Source of the DNA: Candidatus Brachytrichaceae bacterium NZ_4S206
Lineage (GTDB): Bacteria; Chloroflexota; Anaerolineae; J036; Brachytrichaceae
NCBI GenBank assembly: GCA_042566265.1
Contig: JBHOMX010000025.1
Location: 80,749-112,748 of the forward strand
Length of the DNA: 32,000 nt
Direction of reading: 5' to 3'
Under the pieces are notes generated by a model, which did no database searches, had not been told where the DNA came from, and worked only from the letters and a program-made list of their open reading frames with translations. This document shows, piece by piece, positions 1-8,215 of this stretch (position 1 is the first letter of the stretch; each line of letters opens with the position of its first letter). The position numbers were made by a program, and so were the translations under genes.

Positions 1-2727
1 GAAGGTGATCGTCGCGTCGAACGCGCCGGGCTGGCCCAGCTCGCCGGCCACGGTGATCGGCCCGATGCCGACCTGCGCGCCGCTCGCGTCGAAGACGCGA
101 TACACCAGGTTGCTCTCGAACGGCGTGAGCGAGATGTTGCCTTTCACCTGCGCGGGGCTGACGATCGCCGCGTTGGGCAGGGGCGCATCGAGCGTGATGG
201 TGAAGACGGGCGGTTGTCCCTCCAGGTTCACGGGCGCGAGCGTCACGCTCACCCCGGCCGTGGCGAAGGGCTGGCCGGTGGCGGCGTCAATGTCCAACAC
301 CTCGATGCGCCCGGCTTCGCGCTGCGTCACGGTGAAGGGCAGGGTGGCCGCGAACGTGCCGGGGCTGCCCAGACTGCCTTTTACGGTGAGCGGGCCTTCG
401 CTGATGATGAAGCCGGCGCTGTTGTAGATGCGATACACCAAGTTGTTCTCGAAAGGCGTCCGGCTGGTGTAACCGCTCACCATCACCGGGCTGGTGACCT
501 CGTCGTCGCGCTGCGGCGTCTCGATGACGATGGTCTGCGCCGATGCTTGGATGGCGAAGAACGACTCGACCGCCGGCAGGAACACCTCCTTGTAGAGCAT
601 CGCGCGTTGCTCCGGCGCGCCGCTGACCATTTGCACGATGAAGCGGCCGTCGTTGCCGATGGCGATGTCTTGCAGCAGCCGGCCGTCGCTCGCGCTGCCA
701 CTGAAGAACTGCCAGACGATCTCGCCGATCGTGCGCGTATCGGTGCGCTGGAAACGGCCGGTCTCCAGTTGTCGCCGGATGGCCGCCGGGTTGGGCGTCG
801 TCTGGTGCTCGAACTGGATGGCCGCCACCGACACGTCGTCACCGAACACGCCGGGGCTGACTTCGATCCAACCGACCGGCCGCTTGCCGCCGACGCCGGC
901 GATCGGGTCGGTGAATTCGGTCAACTGGATGCTGGTAGTGCTGAACTCGATCGGCCGGCCCTGGGCGCACTTGACATCCAACGGCTCGGCAGGCGCGTTG
1001 AGGAAGTTGGCAATCAGGCTGGCAGCGCACGCGTTGGCCGGCGCGAGCCCGTGGCCTTGCGCTTTGAAGCGCACCTGCGTCGCGTTGGGGAAGCCGGCTG
1101 CGGCCTGCGCGCCGAACTCCGGAGGCGTGAGCGGGTCGAACTCGCCGCTCAGCACCAGCACAGGCATGTCACCCTTGGCCGCGGCGTGCACCTCGTCACT
1201 CAGCAGCGGCACGTCCCACGCTTTGCAAGTGGCCAGGATCTCGCGCGCCGAGCGGAAGACCTTCAGCTCGGGCCGCACATCGGCGTCGGCTTGCTGCGCT
1301 TCGTCTTCGGTGAAGTTCGCCTCCTCCGAGCAGAAGATCGAGTTGAACATGCCGATGGTGGTCTCGTTCAACACCTGCAGCTCGAAGCGGTCGCGCAGCC
1401 GGGCGAGATAATCGAGGTCGCGCTTCTCCACTAAGTCCACCAGCCGCGGCAGCCGGCTGATGCCGTACGAGTCATACAGCATGGTGTAAACCACACCCAG
1501 CAACGCCTCGCCAGTGAGAGGCGCGTTCAGCGTGACGACCTCGGTGAGCGACCGGGTGGTGATCGTCATTGGCTCCGGTGAGGCATTCAACGCGCTCACC
1601 AGTGCGACGAAGCGCTGCTCGATGTCTGGGTAGTCTTTGGCGCACAGCGGGTCGGCGGCGCAGGTATCGGCGACCTTCTGCAAGGCTTTCTGGAAGTTCG
1701 CGTTGCGGGTAAGGGCAAACTTGCCGGCGCGCGGGATCGCGCCATCCAAGATGACGCTGCGCACACCTTGCGGATAGAGCGCCACGATGTGCTGGGCGAG
1801 CAGCGCACCGTAGGATTTGCCATAGAGGTTGTAGTCCACATAGCCCAACGCGCGGGGCAAGGCAGCGATGTCGGCAGCGTTCTCCAGGCTGTTGTAGGCA
1901 GCCAGGTTGATGCCCTCGCCAGCCAGCCGCGCGCGGCACGCGGCGTTGGCGGCGATGCGCTCTTGCTCCGCCACGTCGCCCATCAGGCCGCTTTGAATGT
2001 GCTTGAGCGTGGTCTCGCGATATTCGGGGCAGGCCAGGGACGGCTGGGTCAGGAATGAGCCGCGTTGATCCACCAGGATGATGTCGCGATCGTCGCCGGG
2101 CGAGAAGCCGGAGCGCACGATCGCGCTGAAGAACTCGCGGATAGCCGAGCCGCCGGGGCCACCCTGCAGCATGACCAATGGATCGGAGGCCGGATTGGGG
2201 CTGGCCGATTTGATCACTACGACCGGCAGCTTAATCGTGTTGCCGTCCGGCTTGGCGTGCAACTCGGGCACAGTGAACGTCCCGCAACGCAGATAGCGGA
2301 TCAATCCCTCGGGAATCTTCTCGCCGATGAACTGTTCGCACAGCGCGTTGTCCTCCTCGAAGGTGCCGGTCGTGGCGATGGCTGCCGGACCGGCTGCCGA
2401 CGTGCTTGGTTCCTGGGCTGCCTGCGGTGTGGCTTGCGCCGGCGCAGCTTCAGCGGCTGCAGTGGGGGTGGCTTCGGCAGGCTCAGCCGTGGGTGCGGAG
2501 GCCGGCGCCATGGTTGCAGCCGGTTCGGCCGGCGCGAGCACGCTGATGGGCGTGGCCTCGGGGGTGGGCGCCTCGGTCGCGACGGCAGGCGGTTGCGGCG
2601 TCGCGGTGGGCTGCTGTCCGGCGTCGGAGCAGGCGGCTGTGATGAGAACGAGTGCCATCAGGCTGGCCAGCGCGCGCAGGGAGCGATGAATGCGTCGAGA
2701 GGAAGGCGGGACTCGATCACTGGACAT
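1..2727 (-). CDS. Secreted lipoprotein: TAP-like alpha/beta-hydrolase fused to C-terminal Gmad2-type Ig-like repeats; 3' end runs off the window
   Basis: Absent from the supplied ORF track (no stop inside the window). My translation from ATG at 2727 (GAGG 9 nt upstream, in-frame TAA TAA just upstream) stays open for 909 codons down to position 1. It reads MSSDRVPPSSRRIHRSLRALASLMALVLITAAC (lipobox), a Pro/Ala/Thr linker, LVMLQGGPGGS, the nucleophile elbow NLYGKSYGA (GxSxG) and PVLVLSGEFDPLTP. Two Ig-like repeats follow (SPVMVSGYTSRTPFENNLVYRIYN.. and SPAQVKGNISLTPFESNLVYRVFD..). Confidence 0.75.
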   Translation of the reverse strand, partial: MSSDRVPPSSRRIHRSLRALASLMALVLITAACSDAGQQPTATPQPPAVATEAPTPEATPISVLAPAEPAATMAPASAPTAEPAEATPTAAAEAAPAQATPQAAQEPSTSAAGPAAIATTGTFEEDNALCEQFIGEKIPEGLIRYLRCGTFTVPELHAKPDGNTIKLPVVVIKSASPNPASDPLVMLQGGPGGSAIREFFSAIVRSGFSPGDDRDIILVDQRGSFLTQPSLACPEYRETTLKHIQSGLMGDVAEQERIAANAACRARLAGEGINLAAYNSLENAADIAALPRALGYVDYNLYGKSYGALLAQHIVALYPQGVRSVILDGAIPRAGKFALTRNANFQKALQKVADTCAADPLCAKDYPDIEQRFVALVSALNASPEPMTITTRSLTEVVTLNAPLTGEALLGVVYTMLYDSYGISRLPRLVDLVEKRDLDYLARLRDRFELQVLNETTIGMFNSIFCSEEANFTEDEAQQADADVRPELKVFRSAREILATCKAWDVPLLSDEVHAAAKGDMPVLVLSGEFDPLTPPEFGAQAAAGFPNATQVRFKAQGHGLAPANACAASLIANFLNAPAEPLDVKCAQGRPIEFSTTSIQLTEFTDPIAGVGGKRPVGWIEVSPGVFGDDVSVAAIQFEHQTTPNPAAIRRQLETGRFQRTDTRTIGEIVWQFFSGSASDGRLLQDIAIGNDGRFIVQMVSGAPEQRAMLYKEVFLPAVESFFAIQASAQTIVIETPQRDDEVTSPVMVSGYTSRTPFENNLVYRIYNSAGFIISEGPLTVKGSLGSPGTFAATLPFTVTQREAGRIEVLDIDAATGQPFATAGVSVTLAPVNLEGQPPVFTITLDAPLPNAAIVSPAQVKGNISLTPFESNLVYRVFDASGAQVGIGPITVAGELGQPGAFDATITF

Positions 2728-2891
2728 GCGTTATTACCTCAGCGGGGAATTGTCTCATAAATGACGTTGGTGGTAGGCTCACTTCGCCGTAGTGTGGCAG
2801 TCGAAGGGAGATAGAGCAATCGAACGGAAGGTGTGCGCTGCATCGCCTTACAATCCCCGATGATTCGCGCAATCGAAGCGGGAGGTTGAAA

Positions 2892-4037
2892 ATGACGATG
2901 AGTCGTTCGAACCATGGGTCCCCGCGCGTTCGCCCTCGCATCGCAGCCCTCGCGGTGACGTTGATCATGAGCGTCGCATTTGCGACGATGTTCGCTTCTC
3001 TGTCGCCTGCGCCGGCGACGGCAGCCGGCTCTGCGCAGGCATGTGTGCCGACGCTGCGCGCCGTGGGGAACGTGCCCATCCGCTTTGGGCCCGGGCCGCA
3101 ATACCGGCCGCCCATCGGGACATTACGGCCCGGCCAGCAGGTGCAGGTGACCGGCCGGCTGCGCAACAACACCTGGTATCGCATCTCCTACGATGGGCAA
3201 GAAGGTTGGGTATTCCGGGCGTTCGTCCGGACGACGTGCATCCACAACGCGCCGGTCGTGCCGCCCTTCCCCGTGAATGAGCCGCGCTTCCGCGCCGACG
3301 CGATGCTCATCGCACCCGGCCAGTGCACGACGCTGCGCTGGAACATTGACAACGTGGCGGCGGTGTTTCTGATCAGCGACGGCGTCACGCAGGGCGTGGC
3401 CGGCAACGACGCGCGCCAAGTGTGCCCGACGACCACGACGACCTACATCCTGCGCGTGCAGCGCCGCGACGGCTCGATCTTCGACACGCCGCTGACGATC
3501 ACCGTTGCGCCGGCGACGCCGATCGCCCAACCGAACTTCCGTGCCGACGCCTACACGATCAGCCCCGGCCAATGCACCACGCTGCGCTGGAATGTGGAAG
3601 GGGTGAACGCGGTGTTCTTCTGGGACGGCAACGTGCGCCAAGGAGTGGAGGGCGTCGGCTCCAAGCAGGTATGCCCAGCGACGACCACGAAGTATCGCCT
3701 GCAAGTGTTCCCGCGCACCGGCGGCTCGACGGACTACTTCGTCACGGTCGTGGTGGCAGGCGCACCGGCGCCGGGGATTACGTTCACGGTGGACAACGGC
3801 AGCATCGTGCGCGGCCAGTGCACCACGCTGCGCTGGAACGTGACCGGAGCATTCAACGCCGTGTTCCTGTTGGACTCGTCGGCCAACACCACCAGCCAGG
3901 TGGGTGCCAGCGCTGCAATCACCGTGTGCCCACAGGTGAACGCCACGTACACGCTGCGCGTCATCGGCACAGACGGCCGGCTGTTCGATCAGTCGGTCAG
4001 CGTGAACGTGGCGCAGTTCCCGACGCCGATGCCATGA
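2892..4037 (+). CDS. Secreted protein with SH3b-like domain and three tandem ~83-aa repeats of unknown function
   Basis: GGGAGG lies 6 nt before ATG 2892 (track starts at TTG 2886). Signal peptide RIAALAVTLIMSVAFATMFASLSPAPATAAG. SH3b-like segment NNTWYRISYDGQEGWVFRAFV. Three repeats each carry GQCTTLRWN and VCP..T.Y.L; the nucleotide motif recurs at about 3316, 3564 and 3813. Confidence 0.8.
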   Translation: MTMSRSNHGSPRVRPRIAALAVTLIMSVAFATMFASLSPAPATAAGSAQACVPTLRAVGNVPIRFGPGPQYRPPIGTLRPGQQVQVTGRLRNNTWYRISYDGQEGWVFRAFVRTTCIHNAPVVPPFPVNEPRFRADAMLIAPGQCTTLRWNIDNVAAVFLISDGVTQGVAGNDARQVCPTTTTTYILRVQRRDGSIFDTPLTITVAPATPIAQPNFRADAYTISPGQCTTLRWNVEGVNAVFFWDGNVRQGVEGVGSKQVCPATTTKYRLQVFPRTGGSTDYFVTVVVAGAPAPGITFTVDNGSIVRGQCTTLRWNVTGAFNAVFLLDSSANTTSQVGASAAITVCPQVNATYTLRVIGTDGRLFDQSVSVNVAQFPTPMP

Positions 4038-4480
4038 GGGTGGAACTCGTCACTCGCCCAGAGTCTCAAGACTGGGCGCGCAGCAAGGTAGTCGCGCGCG
4101 ACGCTCTCCTCCGATACCACCTCTACGACGAGATCGGCCGGCCCGTCGAGCGCCTCTCTCCGCACGCGATCTAGATGAGCGGCAGAGACGAACATGAGGT
4201 CGGGTGCGCGGATGCTTCCCTCCGGCGTGGCGCGCATGGCGTAGGGTGCGCTGCGCACGACACCCAACCCGAACGCCTGGACGAAGATGCCCAGCAGACG
4301 ATTCAAAAAGTCCACCATGCGTTGGTACTCGTTCGTGACGGCCATGATGGATACCTCGCCGTTTACCCATTCTGCGATGCCGTTGTGTTCCCAGCGCAGG
4401 AACTCCTGCGCCGTCATATGGCGGGGCATCGTCTGGGATGCCTGGACAGCGATTGGGGGTGACTCAGGTGCGCGCGTCAT
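3989..4480 (-). CDS. Uma2/DUF820-family PD-(D/E)XK endonuclease-like protein, C-terminus atypical
   Basis: MTAQEFLRWE, APDLMFV and ADLVVEVVSEES fit the Uma2 pattern (D...E.V.S). The usual K...Y..GV.EYW tail is only loosely recognisable (RDYLAARPVLRLWASDE) and short. The last 49 nt overlap the convergent gene ending at 4037. Confidence 0.55.
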   Translation of the reverse strand: MTRAPESPPIAVQASQTMPRHMTAQEFLRWEHNGIAEWVNGEVSIMAVTNEYQRMVDFLNRLLGIFVQAFGLGVVRSAPYAMRATPEGSIRAPDLMFVSAAHLDRVRREALDGPADLVVEVVSEESVARDYLAARPVLRLWASDEFHPHGIGVGNCATFTLTD

Positions 4481-4776
4481 GCTTTCTGCACGAGGAAGAT
4501 TATAGGCCGGTAGCTGCAGAACCCGACGCTGGCTGCTGAACCGCTCACTGTTCTAGCGCCAGTTCGCGTTAGGCGAGGTTGCATCTTTAACCAGGCGCGT
4601 TGCGCGGGAATACCCGCAACTCGCAACTAAGCCGACGCACGGCCGGCTTAGCCGGAAATTGCCTGCGATTTCAGTCGCCGGGCATTTTGCCCCAGCCAGA
4701 AATACATCCGAGCAAACCTATCCGTCCATGCCCCCTGTCGTGCATGATTCGGACGGCTCCGCGTGGTCAACGCTGC

Positions 4777-4785
4777 TGCTAGAAT
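4777..4785 (+). promoter_or_regulatory. Candidate extended -10 promoter element (TGcTAGAAT) for the mntA-hepT pair
   Basis: TGCTAGAAT matches TGnTAnAAT. Its 3' end lies 7 nt before ATG 4793 and no Shine-Dalgarno lies between, which suggests a leaderless transcript. No clear -35. Confidence 0.35.
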
Positions 4786-4792
4786 GCCTCTT

Positions 4793-5119
4793 ATGGCAGA
4801 AGCCAAGACACGCGCCGAGATCATTCAGCGACTGGGTGAGCATCTGGCTGCCCTGAGGCAGGAGTTTCACATCAGATCGCTCAGCTTGTTCGGCTCCGCC
4901 GCCCGAGACGAACTGAGACCCGACAGCGATGTAGATGTTTTGGTGGAATTCGAAGAGCCGCCCGGCTTCATCGAATTCATGCGCCTCAAATTCTGCCTAG
5001 AAGCACTGCTTGGCTTGAGTGTTGATCTGGTGACGCCGCGCGCACTCAAACCGTGTATCCGGCCACGCGTCGAACGAGAGCTGGTGCATGTCACGGAACT
5101 ATCGCCTATATCTGGATGA
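4793..5119 (+). CDS. mntA: MNT-type nucleotidyltransferase antitoxin (MntA) of a HEPN/MNT type VII TA pair
   Basis: LFGSAARDELRPDSDVDVLVEF is the GS...DxD nucleotidyltransferase motif. The protein is small and immediately precedes and overlaps a DUF86/HEPN gene. The track ORF starts at GTG 4763; ATG 4784 and 4793 are in frame, and 4793 was chosen because of the -10 element spacing. Confidence 0.85.
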   Translation: MAEAKTRAEIIQRLGEHLAALRQEFHIRSLSLFGSAARDELRPDSDVDVLVEFEEPPGFIEFMRLKFCLEALLGLSVDLVTPRALKPCIRPRVERELVHVTELSPISG

Positions 5120-5435
5120 CATAGTCCTCGCCTGTGAAAAGGTGTTTCGCTACACCGCAGGAATGTCTTTTGAGGAGTTCGTTACGGACGACAAGACGTT
5201 CGATGCTGTGATCCGTAACCTACAAATCATTGGCGAGGCGGCTGCCCGAATTCCGGCAGAAGTGAGAGTGAAGTATCCCGACGTCCCATGGGCTGAGATC
5301 GTCGGATTTCGCAACGTTCTCGTGCACCAATACTTTGGCGTGGACGAAACGATTATATGGCGCGTTGTCGAGTCACAACTTGCACCGTTGATGAGCCAAG
5401 TGCGTGAGATTCTCGAACGCGAAAACCCCGAATAA
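5088..5435 (+). CDS. hepT: HEPN (DUF86) toxin HepT
   Basis: 115 aa with [13 protein letters not shown] (Rx4H HEPN motif). Overlaps mntA by 32 nt. Confidence 0.85.
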   Translation: MSRNYRLYLDDIVLACEKVFRYTAGMSFEEFVTDDKTFDAVIRNLQIIGEAAARIPAEVRVKYPDVPWAEIVGFRNVLVHQYFGVDETIIWRVVESQLAPLMSQVREILERENPE

Positions 5436-5447
5436 AACTGCTAAGCT

Positions 5448-6506
5448 ATGACGACCACCCTCCCAACACCAAAGCGACCTCGTTTCGCCCTCTACATGCA
5501 AGACAAGCATCCGCTCGGCTACGAGCTGGAGATGGCCGAATACGCCGAAGCCAATGGCTTCTCCGAAATCTGGCAGGCCGATACGCGCCTAGCGCGTGAC
5601 TGCATCGTGATGATGAGCGCGTTCCTGACGCGCACCAAGAAGTTGCGCCTCGGCAGCGGCGTGTTGCCGATCTGGACGCGCAATCCGGCCGTCATCGCCG
5701 CGACCTGGAGCACGATGTGGGAGCTGGGCAAACAAGTCAGCGGCGACCCCGACGCGCCCAGCCGCGTCATGCTCGGCCTCGGCGCGTGGTGGGAGCCGAT
5801 CGCCGGCCGCGTCGGCGTGAGGCGCGAGCGCCCGCTGCAGGCCATGCGCGAATACGTCGAAGCCATTCGCCAGCTCTTCACGATGGAGGAGGTGACGTAT
5901 CAGGGGGAGTTCGTCAAGCTCGACCGCGTCAAGCTCGATGTGGTGTTCGGCGATACGCGCCCGCGTGACATCCCGATCTATATCGGCGCGACCGGCGACA
6001 AGATGCTCGAACTCACCGGCGAGATCTGCGACGGCGTGGTGCTGAACTACGTCGTCAGCGTGGACTACATCAAGCGCGCAGTCGAGTTGGTGGCCCAAGG
6101 CGCAGCTAAGGCCGGCAAGACGATTGACCAGATTGACCGGCCCGAATTGTTGGTGTGTTCGCTCAGCGACGACGACCCGAAAGCCGCGATGTTCGAGGGC
6201 AAGAAGCTGGTGGCCTACTACCTGGCCACCGAGCCGCACATCATGAAGGCCAGCGGCGTGCCCGACGACCTGATCGCCAAGGTGCAGAGCGTGATGAGCT
6301 GGCCCGCGACTGAGGCCGAATACATCGCTGCGGCCAAAGTCATCCCCGACGACGTGCCGCGCATGTTGATGGCGGTGGGCACGAGCGACGAGTGCGTGGC
6401 CAAAGTGCGCGAATACGTCGCCGCCGGCGTCACTTGCCCGATCCTGTATCCGCTGATGGACGACATCAAACCGGTGGTGGATGCATTTGCGAAGTTCACG
6501 ATGTGA
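5448..6506 (+). CDS. LLM-class (luciferase-like) flavin/F420-dependent oxidoreductase
   Basis: 352 aa with the N-terminal pattern typical of LLM/F420 reductases: [48 protein letters not shown]. The C-terminal part carries [24 protein letters not shown]. Confidence 0.8.
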   Translation: MTTTLPTPKRPRFALYMQDKHPLGYELEMAEYAEANGFSEIWQADTRLARDCIVMMSAFLTRTKKLRLGSGVLPIWTRNPAVIAATWSTMWELGKQVSGDPDAPSRVMLGLGAWWEPIAGRVGVRRERPLQAMREYVEAIRQLFTMEEVTYQGEFVKLDRVKLDVVFGDTRPRDIPIYIGATGDKMLELTGEICDGVVLNYVVSVDYIKRAVELVAQGAAKAGKTIDQIDRPELLVCSLSDDDPKAAMFEGKKLVAYYLATEPHIMKASGVPDDLIAKVQSVMSWPATEAEYIAAAKVIPDDVPRMLMAVGTSDECVAKVREYVAAGVTCPILYPLMDDIKPVVDAFAKFTM

Positions 6507-6578
6507 CGCTAAATTGCTCGCTTGGTTATCTGCGGCGAATCAGCGCGTGCTGTTCATTCAGTCATCAGGGAGTGCGAA

Positions 6579-8073
6579 ATGAGCAACCCACTTGGCTTGC
6601 GTCGCGTGATTACGGCGCTCGCATCACTGGCCGTGGTCGCCGCCTCTGAAATGTCGGGCGTTGCGCAAGAGCCGATGCCGCCCGAGGCGCAATATACGCC
6701 CAGAACGCAACTGGACCTCAATCTGCCGATGCTACAGCTGTCGCCAGCGCGTGGGTGACGCCGCTGGTTCTGGACTTCGGCCGGTCGGCGTCGGGTTCAC
6801 CAGCGCAGTGCAGACCGTTTCGATCACCAACACCGGGACGACGACATTGACGAACTTCGCCGGCGGTGCGCCGCTCGATACACAGTTCCTGGCCTCGCAA
6901 AATTGCGCGGGTGGCGTAGCGCCCGGCGCGAGCTGCAAATACTTCTTCAGCTTCAAACCTACGGCGGTCGGCACGTTCACGACCACATCCAACTCCTCGA
7001 CCAATGCCGGCAACATCGTGATCACCTTGCGCGGCACAGGTGTGGGCGCCGGCCTACATGTGACGCCGCTGTCGTTTGATTTCCATCGCGTGGTCAGCGG
7101 GACGACCAGCCCCAATCAGATCGCCACCATTCGCAACACCGGCGCGACGACATTGACAAACTTCACCGGCGGCGCGCCGTTCGATACGCAGTTCGGCGCG
7201 TTTCAGAACTGCGCTGGCGGAGTAGCGCCCGGCGCGAGCTGCCAGCATGTCTTCCACTTCACACCGACGGCGGCGGGCACGTTCACCACCACCTCGAACT
7301 CATCCACCAGCGCCGGGCCGTTCGTCATCACCTTGCGCGGCACAGGGGTGGGGGCCAGCTTCTATGCCTCGCCGCTGTCGCTCGACTTCGGCTACGTGCC
7401 GGTGGGCAACACCAGCCCGCCGCAAGTCGTGACGATCACGAACACTGGCCCGATCACGCTGACGAACTTCGCCGGCGGCGCGCCGTTCGATACACGGTTC
7501 AACGCGACGCAAAACTGCGTCGGAGGCGTCCCGCCGGGCGGGAGCTGCAAATACACCTTCACCTTCAAGCCGAACGCGCTTGGGCGATTCACCAGCACTT
7601 CCAGTTCCAGCACCAACGGCGGGCCGCTCGTCATTCAACTCGCGGGTGGCGTGGCCCCACCGACGATTAGCATGGACTTCTCGCCGGCAAGTGTTGCGGT
7701 GGGCGAGGTGACAACCCTGCGCTATACCATCACCAACACGAATGCCGCTTTGGCCGCGACTAGCGTTGGGTTGAACAACGCGTTGCCCGCTGGCTTGAAG
7801 GTGGCGTCGCCCAGCGGCGCGACCGCTTCGCCGGAGTGCAATTCGCCTACCATTACCTCTGTGCCCGGCGGCGGCAGCATCGTCGTGACAGACGGCGCGA
7901 TCACGGGAGGCAAGGCATGTGTCATCACCGTGCAGGTGAAGCCGGAGGTGGCCGGAGACTTGGTCAACGCCGTCGCTGTAAGTTCGGTGAACGGCGGCAC
8001 AGGCAACACCGCTACGGCGACGCTGGTTGTGCGACACAAGGTGAGGCTGCCCATCGTGGTGCGCCAGACGTAG
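6579..8073 (+). pseudogene. Secreted surface protein with three choice-of-anchor-D-like domains and a DUF11-like C-terminal domain; N-terminus broken by two frame changes
   Basis: Signal peptide in frame 0 (ATG 6579, GGGAG 6 nt upstream): MSNPLGLRRVITALASLAVVAASE...LQLSPA, stop at 6756. The first repeat start WVTPLVLDFG is readable only in a second frame (6752-6781). The rest, PVGVGFTSAVQTVSITNTG..., lies in the third frame (6781-8073). Repeats 2 and 3 (HVTPLSFDFHRV..IATIRNTG and YASPLSLDFGYV..VVTITNTG) show what repeat 1 should look like. Confidence 0.6.
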
Positions 8074-8107
8074 GGCTAGTTAAGCGACGCGTGTGTAAAA
8101 CGTCCTT

Positions 8108-8155
8108 TGTATCGCGTATGGCGTATCGACGGAATACGTGATACGTGATACGCGA
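8108..8155. repeat. Heptad-spaced inverted repeat array (3x YGTAT / 3x ATACG) forming an imperfect hairpin
   Basis: The sequence reads GTATCGC GTATGGC GTATCGA cgga ATACGTG ATACGTG ATACGCG. TCGCGTAT (8112-8119) pairs with ATACGCGA (8148-8155), and CGTATC (8122-8127) pairs with GATACG (8140-8145). It lies between the surface-protein gene and the Gfo/Idh/MocA gene. Confidence 0.6.
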
Positions 8156-8215
8156 CATGCAATCCACGATTCACAACGATCAAGGAGGATCACCCTGTCA
8201 CCCATTGAAGCTGTC

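Noticed and set aside
214-1434. 406-aa plus-strand ORF (with 5-427, 638-1411 and 2065-2760) covering the left 2.7 kb
   Set aside because: The products are Arg/Ala/Gly/His-rich and low-complexity, typical of antisense ORFs in high-GC DNA. The opposite strand encodes a coherent hydrolase with recognisable motifs.
6661-6750. ORF-track start (MRKSRCRPRRNIRPERN...) for the choice-of-anchor-D protein
   Set aside because: This stretch is the out-of-frame reading of the signal-peptide region. The real N-terminus is in another frame starting at ATG 6579.
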